Shown here piece by piece: positions 26,074-37,249 of a DNA stretch of 44,624 bases (its first letter is position 1; each line of letters begins with the position of its first letter). Made by a program: the position numbers and the translations under genes. The notes below the pieces were generated by a model. It worked only from the letters and a program-made list of their open reading frames with translations. It was not told the DNA's origin and made no database searches. The DNA lies in contig NC_068982.1 of NCBI RefSeq assembly GCF_001194135.2, positions 184,803,710 to 184,848,333 of the forward strand, given 5' to 3'. The DNA comes from Octopus bimaculoides (Eukaryota).

Positions 26074-26360
26074 AGCGCGTGGCCAAATGGTTAGGGTGTT
26101 ACACTCACGATCAGACTGGCGCTGCGTTGTGTATTCTTGAGCAAAACACTTCATTTCGCATTGCTCCGGTCCGCTCAGCTCTAATTGGGTAAAACGATGG
26201 AGTAGCCTTCCTTTGAAGGGCATGTTGGCTTGCCTGCCTGCCTGCCTTCCTGCCAGCCCGCCTAGCCATCGGCGCAGCATCATTCGAAAGCTACAATAAT
26301 GCGACGAAGTGCATTGTGATCAGCGGTGTATAGCAACGTCTGATAGTCTGGTCGATACAG
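26074..26360 (+). mobile_element. tRNA-derived SINE family C
   Basis: A-box GTGGCCAAATGGTTAGG, CTTGAGCAAAACACTTCATTTC core and a CTGATAGTCTGGTC tail. Confidence 0.7.
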
Positions 26361-27249
26361 TAATATAGTGATGTATCAGTAATACGAGTAGCGTATTTCA
26401 TCGTGGGTCATTAGTTTATGATTCATGTGTACGTGTGTAGTTGTAGTAGCAGCACTGTTACGTAAGCAGTGTTCAATTGTGGGTCATTGAGGATAAATAA
26501 TTGATATCTTATATCCTCCATTTTCTAATTGTTACACAAATTTTAGGTAAAACCTCCACTTTTACCCGCTCCCATTGATTGCACCTAGTATAGCACTAGC
26601 GTAGCAATAATTGGGTACCCTCCCAGCAGTATACTGGATAGATACTATCCCTTAGTGGGTTGAACCCCCAACCCCTAACTCTCTCACGTTATATATATAT
26701 ATATATATATNNNNNNNNNNNNNNNNNNNNNNNNNNNNNNNNNNNNNNNNNNNNNNNNNNNNNNNNNNNNNNNNNNNNNNNNNNNNNNNNNNNNNNNNNN
26801 NNNNNNNNNNNNNNNNNNNNNNNNNNNNNNNNNNNNNNNNNNNNNNNNNNNNNNNNNNNNTATATATATATTGCAATATTAATACATATCTTAAATCAAT
26901 AATATATTGGATGTATATTGAAAATATCTTGTAGCCTTGAAAATGAAGTTTACTTTTATGTTGTATATATATGAAAGGTGACTAAGAGAGACAGTCATAT
27001 ATTGTGAGGTTTATTACCGGGTGATATTAGATATTACGAGATCTAATTTTTGTAACAAATTCCATCGTTTTAATTGTGTATTGTTCGTGATTAGGGAAGG
27101 TGAAATACGGCATCGTTTCTTTAATATAGTAAGCTAGAAAGCTGAAAAGTAGATTTGAATTCAGAATGTAAAAGAACGTCACTAAATAAGCGAATCATTT
27201 TCGCCGATGCTTCAACAATTCAAACTTATGACAACAACAACAGTAATAA

Positions 27250-27464
27250 TCTTTTCTGTTATAGGCACAAGGCCTGAAATCTTGGGGAAGGGGATTAGTC
27301 AATTATATCGATCCCTGTGACCAACTGGTACTTATTTTATCGATCCCAACAATATGAAAGGTTGGGTCGATCTCGGTGACATTTGAACTCAAGACGTAAT
27401 AACGGATGAAATGCTGTTAAGCATTTTGTTCGGTATGCTAGCGATTCTAGCAGTTCGTCGTCTT
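27250..27464 (-). mobile_element. SINE family A, tail type 3
   Basis: Family A core (ATTTGAACTCA, CTGGTACTTATTTTATCGA) with the plus-strand tail CTTTTCTGTTATAGGCACAAGGCCTGAAAT. Confidence 0.8.
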
Positions 27465-27489
27465 AACAACAACAATAACAGTAGTAATA

Positions 27490-27672
27490 AGGGTTTCAAA
27501 TCTTTGGCACAGGGCCAGTAGTTTTTCGAGGGGAGGAGGAAGTCAATTTATCGAACCCGAAAGGATGAAAAGCAAAGTCAACCTCCGTGGAATTTGAACT
27601 CAGAACGTAAAGACAGACGAAATGCCACTAAGCAATTTGTCCGGCGTGCTAACGATTCTGCCAGCTCACCGT
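27490..27672 (-). mobile_element. SINE family A, tail type 2
   Basis: GAATTTGAACTCAGAACG..GCTAACGATTCTGCCAGCTCACCG. Confidence 0.85.
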
Positions 27673-27689
27673 CAACGTCAACAATAATG

Positions 27690-27855
27690 ATTTCATATTT
27701 TGACACAAGGTTAGCAATTTCGTGGGAGGGGTTAAGCCAATTAGATCGACCCCAGTGATCAACTGGTATTTATGTTATCGACTCAGACTGGATGAAAGGC
27801 TAAGTCGGACGAAATGAGGCTAAGCGTTTTGTCCGGCGTGCCAGCTTGCTGCCTT
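27690..27855 (-). mobile_element. SINE family A, tail type 2, internally deleted
   Basis: ATCGACCCCAGTG..AACTGGTATTT..GTCCGGCGTGCCAGCT. Confidence 0.75.
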
Positions 27856-28189
27856 AACAACAACATCAACCACCACAACAACAACAACAACCACCACCAC
27901 AACAACAACAACAATAATTCTCTTTCATATAGATGGGACATTACTAAAAGGCAGGTTACATAAAGTGTAACAGCTTACAAGAAATATATAAGGGAGAAAT
28001 TAAATGTCATAAAAGGAGAAACAGTATATATCGTAAATAAATAAATTATAATACAATCCTTCTGATGATACACTCCTTCTGTTAGAACGAGGACTTCAAG
28101 TCAGGTCAGTCAAAGAATTTCACAAGTTTGGATCACCCTGATCGCCTAGGGCAAAATGCCCTCTTTTAACTGCCATCCTCTGACCAACA

Positions 28190-28690
28190 GGTACATGCTG
28201 AGAGAAAACCCAATCGATCTTACCTTTTCATCACTGTTACCCACCTTTTAATACATTCGCAATAGAAAAGTACTTTCACATTTAGACCTACTTTTCTTTT
28301 CAAATGAAACTTGAAAATGATAATAAGGGCTTCAACAAGGAGGGAAGTGTCTGTCTTCAGTACTTGCTTTCTCATCCATCACACAACTTCTTTTTTTATA
28401 CATCAGATACAAGAAAACAGCCTGCTTTACTCGGCTAAAGGAAGGTGGTGTGGTATTCCTCCAGATAAATACGGTCAATAGCTAGATTCATTCTACACGT
28501 GTAGCATCACAAGTCAGTAACGACGGCCGCGCAGTGGTTCCTTCTCTCTGCACAAATCTCGGATAGACCCGTATGATGGTATTTCAGTGCCTGTAGAGTT
28601 CATCTCTCGATCCAGTAGTGCCTCTTGATAGCATTACAGCCCAGAAATTTCTGCAAATTATCCACAGTCCCATCCAAGACACTTCCGAAA
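28190..28690 (-). mobile_element. Decayed L1/Tx1-type LINE, ORF2 C-terminus
   Basis: Minus strand, with frameshifts: MGLWIICRNFWAV.., SRVKQAVFL..KEVV*WMR..LKTDT..FKFHLKRKV..IKRWVTV; resembles the Tx1 C-terminal domain. Confidence 0.6.
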
Positions 28691-29363
28691 CAAACAAACA
28701 AACAAAAAAAGCCACATAATATACAGAATACTGGCAAAGAAGCAAGAAGCAGATAAAACAAAAAAAAAAAAAACTAAAAGCAGGCAAGGAAGCGGGAAGC
28801 AGGGAAAGAAGCAGGAGGTAGGCAAAGAAGCGGGAAGCAGACAAGAGCACATAGTGTGTGAGGCGCAATATGAAGGAACTGTAGGCTTGAAAGTCGTAGC
28901 AGTTACGTCTGAAGAATGAGAGGCGGTCTTCAAAAAAGATATGAAAGGTAATACATAGACATATACAAGAACATTGACATACAAATACAGATGCATTCAA
29001 CAATATTCCTACATAGATGGGTATAGCTGCTGATGGAACATAGAGTATTGAACTGTTTAAAGACTTAGGCATATAGACAAGAGAATAGAGATAATGGTTG
29101 ACGGGACACACACGGACACATACGGACACGCACATGGACACACACACAAATACACACACACAACACACATCCACGCGCATATTACAAAACTGGAGAGTTT
29201 ATGTTATACAATTTCAATTGAAATTGGTAGATAATTATGATTGTGTATGTGTGCGTGTGCTTGTGGATGGATGGATGAATACAATGGTAGCCCTGTTACT
29301 CCTATTTATTTATGTATATGTATGTATATATGTATATATGTATGTATACATATATACACACAC

Positions 29364-29397
<34 letters not shown>

Positions 29398-29416
29398 ATT
29401 TATACACACACACACA

Positions 29417-29738
29417 TAAAGGGTCAAGATCCCCTTCGGTCATGAATGACCATGGGATTGCACGTAGAAAGTTACCCTCCGAAGTGCAAGTCCGGGCAAC
29501 GTTGTTTATGGAGGACCAGCAGTCGCCCGTGCATACCAGCCTCCCCTCTCCACGCCACCGATGTTACCCAAGGCAAAAGGCAAAGGGGCCGGTACAGCTT
29601 GGCATCAGTGATGTCGCAACTCATTTCTACGGCTAAGTGAACTGGAGCAATTTGAAATAAAGTTTCTTGCTCAAGAACACAACACGCTGCTCGATCCGTC
29701 AATCGAACTCCCTAGCTCTAACCACTGAGCCATGAGCC
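29417..29738 (-). mobile_element. tRNA-derived SINE family D
   Basis: Minus-strand head GGCTCATGGCTCAGTGGTTAGAGC..GAGTTCGATT, then TTCTTGAGCAAGAAACTTTATTTC..TTGCTCCAGTTCACTTAGC, related to the family C core. Confidence 0.8.
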
Positions 29739-29743
29739 TTATT

Positions 29744-29882
<139 letters not shown>

Positions 29883-31033
29883 CTATGTATATACAGAGAA
29901 ATACATACATGCATACATATTTTTATATATGTATAATACATAGAGCAAGGGATACAGTGAAAAGTGACATTTTCAAAGCAAGAATACAGGAAAAAAATGA
30001 AGGAAGAGGTACAAAGGAATTTAAGAAATTCATAACTATATAGAGGTAGAAAGAAAACAAGTTAGAAGGTAAAGAAAGAATTAAGAAAGAAAAAGAAAGA
30101 GAGCAAACTCTAAGATAAGGGACGAGAAAGAAAATAAGAAATTAAGAAAGGGAGGAAAATAGAAAAGGCGAAAGTAAGCAATACAGAAAGATAAGAAACA
30201 GCGAGAGATGAGAGAAAGAGAAGGCGAGATTGAAGTAAGAAAGTAATTAACCAAGAAATCAAGTCTGTAATAAATGCAAGATGCCTGATATTTAAATTCC
30301 TGTATTACCAATTCCAACATGAGATAATTCCTTCCGATATTGAGATTAACTGCTGTGATTAGTTTAACTCTACACTATTTCCTCTTGATTTGTGGATATA
30401 AACTAGACGTTTATGGATTGGCTTGGGAAATACATCATAGCTGACTCTTAGAAAGATACTGATCAATCCACTACTTCTACTATTGTATACTGTTCTAAGA
30501 TTGTTGTTCTTGTTGTTGCTGATCTTTATCCTGAGGTCAATTCTGGCTGATCATGCCTACGATCAAAGATATCCCAACTTTAAACATCACGTCTTTTTCT
30601 TTTTGACCGTTACTTTTCGTCTTTATCGAACTGCTGTCACACCAACCTTACTCTAATGTAAAGGTGAGATGGCTGAATTAAACTGCCCACTCAGTTATAT
30701 TTGAACTCAGGTCGTGAGTTCAAATATTCTGCTGGTGTCACATGCTCACCTATATCAGTGATAAACCTTTCCTGCTTACGCTGTTTCACACAACACTCTT
30801 TTCCTGAAAATGCTTGCCATGTAATGCTTGTCATGCACACCAAGCATAGAACACAACTCTATTCGAACATCGAACACAAGTCTACTCGAAAATCATCTCT
30901 TCTACTTACTTTGCTACTCTGGAAACAGAAAATTCCCAACTCTTAAGCTAGCCATCAAAGCACGCATTAGTTACTCAGTGTTGCCAAAAAATGGTATAGA
31001 GATTGCCTACACACGTACCTGTACGCTCTCCCC

Positions 31034-31034
<1 letters not shown>

Positions 31035-31118
<84 letters not shown>
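31035..31118. repeat. (CA)n microsatellite
   Basis: Directly visible. Confidence 0.97.
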
Positions 31119-31119
<1 letters not shown>

Positions 31120-31865
31120 TATATATAAAATTCAAGCTGACTGGAACTTCAAGTTTCGACTGTGAAGAGAGCTCAGCCTTCTAGGTTTATTTTTATATCG
31201 GAAGACAAGAAAACGGAAAGCCTCATCAATAGACCCCTACATTTATATGTGAGTATGTGTCTATATATGCATACCTCCTGTCCATAGCCATATACGTGCT
31301 ACTGGTAACGTGGAAACCAGTACAACCTGTTGCATGGTCGGGTTGTCGGTGACGAAACCGGCACCACCACCAAGCTACCCTGGTGAGGAGGCTTGTTAGA
31401 AACTCAGCAGGATTAAAAACAAGACCTGTTGAAAGGTCGGATGAATCTAATCCAGGCTTAACGGCTATCAATAGCACGGGTACGCAGAAATTCCGGGTTG
31501 GTGCTCGACGTGCTAGAAGACCACTGGGAGTGAGGCACCCCCCAGCTTCTGTTGAAGCATGTCTCTAGGAGAAAGTCACTCTGATATAAAACCACATATG
31601 CAGGGAATGGCATTGGACAGTTTGGGGATCTTTGGTTTGTGCTAGAGATCATAGTGCTCCCACATCCCTGAGCGTGCGACTCATAATTGGCACCAAACAT
31701 CTTGCTCTGACTTGTTTCTGGATAATATCAATAGAGTGGGAAGGGTCTATGAGGTGTCACGCAAGCCTTATTGGACCTAAAACTCTGCACAGACATTGCT
31801 GACCTCTGCTCGATATGTGCTGCTTTCTTTTTACCAAATATATATTTATTTTATTTTCAGTATAT

Positions 31866-32157
31866 ATTTCTATATTCAAGAGATGAGGAATTATGTACAT
31901 TATTTACATTATTTACATTATTTATATTTGACGGACATTTGTCCTCATCTTGTTTGTTGTTAACACAACGTTTCGGCTGATATACATTCCAGCCTTCAGG
32001 TGTCTTGGGGAAATTTTTAACCTGGGTTCTCATTCCTAAGGTATTTTTTGATGTTGTTGCTATTATTATTATTATTATGGCAGTCACTGCCTGGAATCGA
32101 ACTCGGAATCTTAGGGTTAGTAGCCCGCGTTCTTAACCATTACGCCATATGTCCACG
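31866..32157 (-). mobile_element. tRNA-headed SINE family H, copy 1 (hammerhead core deleted)
   Basis: A-box TGGCGTAATGG, B-box GAGTTCGATTCC, (AAT)n spacer, body closely similar to 33627-33920; possible degenerate TSD at 31812-31827 and 32160-32176. Confidence 0.85.
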
Positions 32158-33626
32158 TTGATATAGCTGCACTTTCAGAGACTCGTATAGAAGGTGATGG
32201 TCAGCTTAAGGAAGTAGGAGGTGGGTACACCTTTTTTTGGAAGGGAAGAAGCGCAGAGAGGCTAGTGTTCGCTTTGCAGTTCAATCTGATATCCTTAAGA
32301 AGTTGGAGGAGCTTCATGTTCCTATAAATGAACGTCTAATGACTCTACGATTGCACCTGAAAGGTGGGCGGCTTGCTACTCTAATAAATACTTACTTTGG
32401 CTAGTTGTGATGAAGATAAAACTATTTTTTATACCCAGCTGAGAGCAATACTTAGGAAAATTCCCAATTCTGATAAATCATTCTACTGGGGGATTTCAAT
32501 ACCAGGGTTGGAACAGATTGACAAACATGGAACTCTCTAGGATGTTTTGGTGTAGGGAAAATGAATAGCAATGGTCTCATGCTGCCGGAGATTTGCGATG
32601 AACAAGGACTTTACATCGCAAGTATTCATTTTAAGTACAAATGTGATCACACAACAACGTGGATGCATCCAAGGTCCAAATCTGGCACTTTCTGGATTAT
32701 GTCATCATCCGCAAGTGCAACATTTATGACATTTGTAATGTCAAGTCCTTTCATGGATCAGAATGCTGGACAGACCACAGTCTGGTGCGAGCAAAGTTCC
32801 GGATGATGATTAGAGTAAAAGAGAGAAGCGGGCCAGTTGGCATTCTTCGGCGTCTGGAAGTCCACAAGATATATGATGCTGTGTTGAGGAAAGAGCTTCA
32901 GACTCGCTCGTCCAGCATTGAAAATACTACAGTATGAGAAAATTTTCGCGACCNNNNNNNNNNNNNNNNNNNNNNNNNNNNNNNNNNNNNNNNNNNNNNN
33001 NNNNNNNNNNNNNNNNNNNNNNNNNNNNNNNNNNNNNNNNNNNNNNNNNNNNNNNNNNNNNNNNNNNNNNNNNNNNNNNNNNNNNNNNNNNNNNNNNNNN
33101 NNNNNNNNNNNNNNNNNNNNNNNNNNNNNNNNNNNNNNNNNNNNNNNNNNNNNNNNNNNNNNNNNNNNNNNNNNNNNNNNNNNNNNNNNNNNNNNNNNNN
33201 NNNNNNNNNNNNNNNNNNNNNNNNNNNNNNNNNNNNNNNNNNNNNNNNNNNNNNNNNNNNNNNNNNNNNNNNNNNNNNNNNNNNNNNNNNNNNNNNNNNN
33301 NNNNNNNNNNNNNNNNNNNNNNNNNNNNNNNNNNNNNNNNNNNNNNNNNNNNNNNNNNNNNNNNNNNNNNNNNNNNNNNNNNNNNNNNNNNNNNNNNNNN
33401 NNNNNNNNNNNNNNNNNNNNNNNNNNNNNNNNNNNNNNNNNNNNNNNNNNNNNNNNNNNNNNNNNNNNNNNNNNNNNNNNNNNNNNNNNNNNNNNNNNNN
33501 NNNNNNNNNNNNNNNNNNNNNNNNNNNNNNNNNNNNNNNNNNNNNNNNNNNNNNNNNNNNNNNNNNNNNNNNNNNNNNNNNNNNNNNNNNNNNNNNNNNN
33601 NNNNNNNNNNNNNNNNNNNNNNNNNN

Positions 33627-33792
33627 TAACTACAGAGGTATTTTTATCATTTACATTATTTACATTCGACGGATATTTGTCCTCATCTTGTTTGTTGTTA
33701 ACACAACGTTTCGGCTGATATACACTCCAGCCTTCATCAGGTGTCTTGGGGAAATTTCGAACCTGGGTTCTCATTCCTAAGGTATTTTTTTA

Positions 33793-33844
<52 letters not shown>

Positions 33845-33920
33845 CAGGTCACTGCTTGGAATCGAACTCAGAATCTTGGGGTTAGTAGCCCGCGCTCTTA
33901 ACCACTATGCCATATGCCCG
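33627..33920 (-). mobile_element. tRNA-headed SINE family H, copy 2 (intact hammerhead motif); 3' end at the gap edge
   Basis: A-box TGGCATAGTGG, anticodon-arm-like GGGCTACTAACCC, B-box GAGTTCGATTCC, (AAC)n spacer and a body with CTGATGA..GAAAC. Confidence 0.88.
33701..33744 (-). ncRNA. Minimal type I hammerhead ribozyme motif (Penelope-type)
   Basis: Sense ACAC-CUGAUGA-A-GGCUG(GAGUGUAUAU)CAGCC-GAA-ACGU-U-GUGU: stem I ACAC/GUGU, 5-bp stem II, palindromic ACGU stem III and an NUH triplet GUU. Confidence 0.75.
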
Positions 33921-34727
33921 TGGTAGCACATTCAGCCGTTCTTGCTCCCTGGATAATGAGCAACTGATTCCTGCCGGTCTCTTCAGTCTCGTGTCTGGTC
34001 CCAGCATGGCATCACAAGGCAAACAAAAATTGCTGTGTACCTTGCATGTACACTTACATCGCTCCTTTACCTATGTGAGACATGGACTCTTCACAAACGT
34101 CATGTAGGGGTCCTTGAACGCTTTCATCAGAGATGTCTCAGACACATTCTGAACGTTGGCTGGACCTTAAGAACTCCAGACACACAAGTCCTAGTGAAAG
34201 CTGAGATCTTGAGTATTGAAACGATGGTGCACAAGCACCGGTTACACCTTATTAGAATGAAGGATAGCAGGATCCCTAAACAGATGCTGCGATTTAAGGA
34301 CTGTGTCAAGTCCACATTAAATGCCGGTGATACGCAGGAGACCGACTGGGAGAGCAATGCCTGTCATCACCACAGATGGAGGAGGCAAATTAAGGAGGGG
34401 GTCGACACCTTTGAGAGAGCACATATTCTACATGAAGAATTTAAGCGTGCTGCTCGAAAGTGTACTGCTAGTGTAGTGAATGGGAGAAGCTTGGTTTCCA
34501 ATGTTTGCTGTCGTGTATGCTTGTCAAGAGCAGGGCTCATTAAACACCAGCGAAGCCGCAAATGTAAGATATAAGTTAGTCTTAGAGTGCACAATGTTCC
34601 TAAAGGTCGGCAATGGTCTTCCTCAGTCACGAGTGGATGATTATCATGTGTGCGGCATGGTTGCGACTCCATTTTATAGCAATATATACCACTTATACGC
34701 TAATGACAAATAAAAGATCCCAGACAC

Positions 34728-34930
34728 ATCTATATATCCTATATTATAAAAGAAAAACTGATCTCCGTCTCTCTGTCCGTCTAAACATTAATTAGAGGGG
34801 AGGAAGAAAGGGAGGGATCAAAAGTGTAGATAACTCCGCTCACACCATTCATTTAGAAGAAGGGTAGGAGAAAAGTTGCTGAGAGAAATACATTGAGAGA
34901 GAGGGAGGGAAAGAGAGAGAGAGAGAGGGA

Positions 34931-34993
<63 letters not shown>

Positions 34994-35024
34994 TGTGTGT
35001 GTGTGTGTGTGAAAGTTAGATAGC

Positions 35025-35063
<39 letters not shown>

Positions 35064-35105
35064 CTAACAAGTTTTAATTAAAAACGCGGGAACTTTAAGT
35101 ACAAG
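34728..35105 (+). mobile_element. Possible short non-autonomous Helitron-like element filled with microsatellites
   Basis: A|TCTATATATCCTATATTATAAAAG resembles Helitron 5' ends; CGCGGGAAC..ACAAGT only weakly resembles a 3' end. Confidence 0.25.
34890..35062. repeat. (GA)n(TG)n(TAGA)n microsatellite
   Basis: Directly visible. Confidence 0.97.
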
Positions 35106-35404
35106 TCTGTCAAGACAACTCAACACAGACATCAGAGAAATAATTATATGTGTATATATAATACATATAGCTATCGTTTTGGTTTTTGTGTGTATGTGTG
35201 TGTGTGTGTATTTGAATTTGTTTGTGTGTGTTTCTGTATGTCTTTCCACATATGTATGTATGTATGTATGTAGTTTGTCCGTCGATGCGACGAAGACCAT
35301 CTGGTCATCCTGGGGTGGGGGTATAGACAATGCAACACAGACTTTAAAAAACGACTTTCACCCTAATGACAGGTTGTTGTTGTTTTTGAGAGAGAAATTT
35401 AATA

Positions 35405-35580
35405 TGCGTGTGTGCGTGTGTGTGTGAGAGAGGGAGGGAGAGAGAGAGAAAGAGAGAGAGAGAGAAGGTGAGAGAGAGAAGGAGAGAGAGAAGGAGAGAG
35501 AGAGAAGGAGAGAGAGAGAAGGAGAGAGAGAGAAGGAGAGAGAGAAAAGGAGAGAGAGAGAAGGAGAGAGAGAGAAGGAG
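35405..35580. repeat. (TG)/(GA) microsatellite with a 12-14-bp higher-order unit GAAGGAGAGAGAGA
   Basis: Directly visible. Confidence 0.9.
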
Positions 35581-35599
35581 ATATGTTAGATATTCTTCA

Positions 35600-35900
35600 C
35601 GAGTATGTCAATCAATAAGAATCGTAAATCAGCATCTACAATTCTCACTACCACTAGGGCACACCAGGGAACACATTTGAAAAAGCTATCAGTGTACACA
35701 TGGCCAACCAATGTATTTATACGTCACTTAATTCTAGTAAAGCCACCAGTTTCATTGATGAAGATGTTTACAAGAATCTCTCTAATTTCAGCAATATCTT
35801 CGAATTGGCCAGGCAACTCAATGCAAACACCTATGTACGTTTTTTCTGCCGAAATTGTTTAAATGTTTTACCTATCCTATATTGCTCTATAATTTGGGGG
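35600..35900 (-). mobile_element. Possible PIF/Harbinger transposase relic
   Basis: Minus-strand ISAEK..FEDIAE and ALVVVRIVDADLRFLLID resemble the Harbinger LxAxVDAxYRFxxID motif. Confidence 0.35.
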
Positions 35901-36289
35901 GATGTCTTCTTGACACGACACGACTCTGTTGCATTTAAACTCAGAGGTTAATTAAAGCATTTTACAGTTAACTGAATTGTTTCTCTGTTACTAACCCCTT
36001 CTCGTTCTTGCCTGCTTTGGACCCAATTTCTACTAAATCTCTTCATTTTTCTTCACTTTATCAAATGTTTACAGAAAAAGAGGCTAAACGGCTTTATTGA
36101 TGACGTGTTATTGAGCCCTTAATCTCTTCATGACAATCACAAGAGAAAGTAATGAGAAACAGGGATTAGCAATGCTTTATTGATTATCTGCAAACGATAA
36201 ATCTTTGCTCCTTTCTAGATGTCTATTCACTTCTTACTATTGAAGTCTTGCGCGTTCTGTTTCTTCTAATGAATTCTACAGCAAGCTGG

Positions 36290-36720
36290 AACTGAAAGCA
36301 GCAAACATAATATACACCTCGGCAATGCTAAGAAATACACTTCATTTCAAGTTCATAGCCGCTTGTTCCAGTTTATAAGGTTACCTTTTGGTGTAACTAA
36401 TACTACCAGCGCTTTTCAAAGAGTGATAGATAGCATAATTACTGACAATGATATCAAAGTATTTCATGCAATATTCATTGTCATTGTCAAAATTATTAAG
36501 GAGCATCATGAGAATTTGGTTAAATATATTTCGGTATTACATTGAACAATGACAAATATCTTCTCAGCTATACAACCATTTGTTGCCAAGGACACAAAAT
36601 AGACAATAATTCCCTGTAACCTGACCCGGAAATATAGAAACCCCTTGTTGATCATCCAAGGCCAATCAATGCCAAACAACCACAACTTCAACTCGGTTTG
36701 TTTCGTTATTATTCCGGGTG
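36290..36720 (+). mobile_element. Gypsy reverse-transcriptase fragment
   Basis: KKYTSFQVHSRLFQFIRLPFGVTNTTSAFQRVID..EHHENL, the Gypsy RT xPFGxxN motif; catalytic YxDD decayed. Confidence 0.75.
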
Positions 36721-36819
36721 TCTCTTTCTCAGAATTATTTGAACCCCTACCAAATTCTGCTTTTCCATTTTAAAAAGACACATTAATTCTATTTGTCTAC
36801 TTAAAATTTCAACAGATGC

Positions 36820-36834
36820 GTCTCTCTCTCTTTT

Positions 36835-36911
<77 letters not shown>

Positions 36912-36980
36912 TCTCCCTTCCTCACTATTTCTCTCTCTCTCTCACTCTTTCCTCCCTCTCTTTCTCCCTCTCTCTCTTAT
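36820..36980. repeat. (CT)n microsatellite
   Basis: Directly visible. Confidence 0.97.
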
Positions 36981-37249
36981 TGTACCTGAAATTTCACTAT
37001 ACTTAAAATTGACGTTTCTAATCTAGAATTTAAAATGTCCTTTCAGAGTGAATAGAAACTCTCATCCAATGAAAAGGAGTCCATGACTAAGAGAGACATT
37101 GCTGAGGAATAACGATCAATTTTACTTCAAGGCTATTTTATATTACACAGTGATAGACAAGCGATCTCATTTAAATATCATCAAAAAAGTAAAGGAAAAA
37201 CAATAGTAAAAATCTTCACTGACACATAAAATTGTCGCCCTGCAATATG

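Larger units (their letters stand above)
31300..34650 (+). mobile_element. RTE-clade LINE, pseudogenised: 5' region, APE endonuclease, gap, RT C-terminus; interrupted by two SINEs
   Basis: APE motifs DIAALSETR..GYTFFW, LLGDFNTRVG, GKMNSNG, TWMHPRSK.WHFLDYVI and WTDHSLV; after the gap LLYLCETWTL..ERFHQRCLRHIL..RMKDSRIPKQML..CLSRAGLIKHQR; frameshifts present. Confidence 0.92.

Noticed and set aside
28584-29180. 198-aa hydrophobic minus-strand ORF resembling a membrane protein
   Set aside because: It begins in TG repeats, crosses poly-T and low-complexity tracts, and runs into the Tx1 relic
33845-33920. tRNA gene call for the SINE heads (also 32080-32157)
   Set aside because: No paired acceptor stem, and the heads are joined to a repeated SINE body; these are tRNA-derived promoters, not tRNA genes
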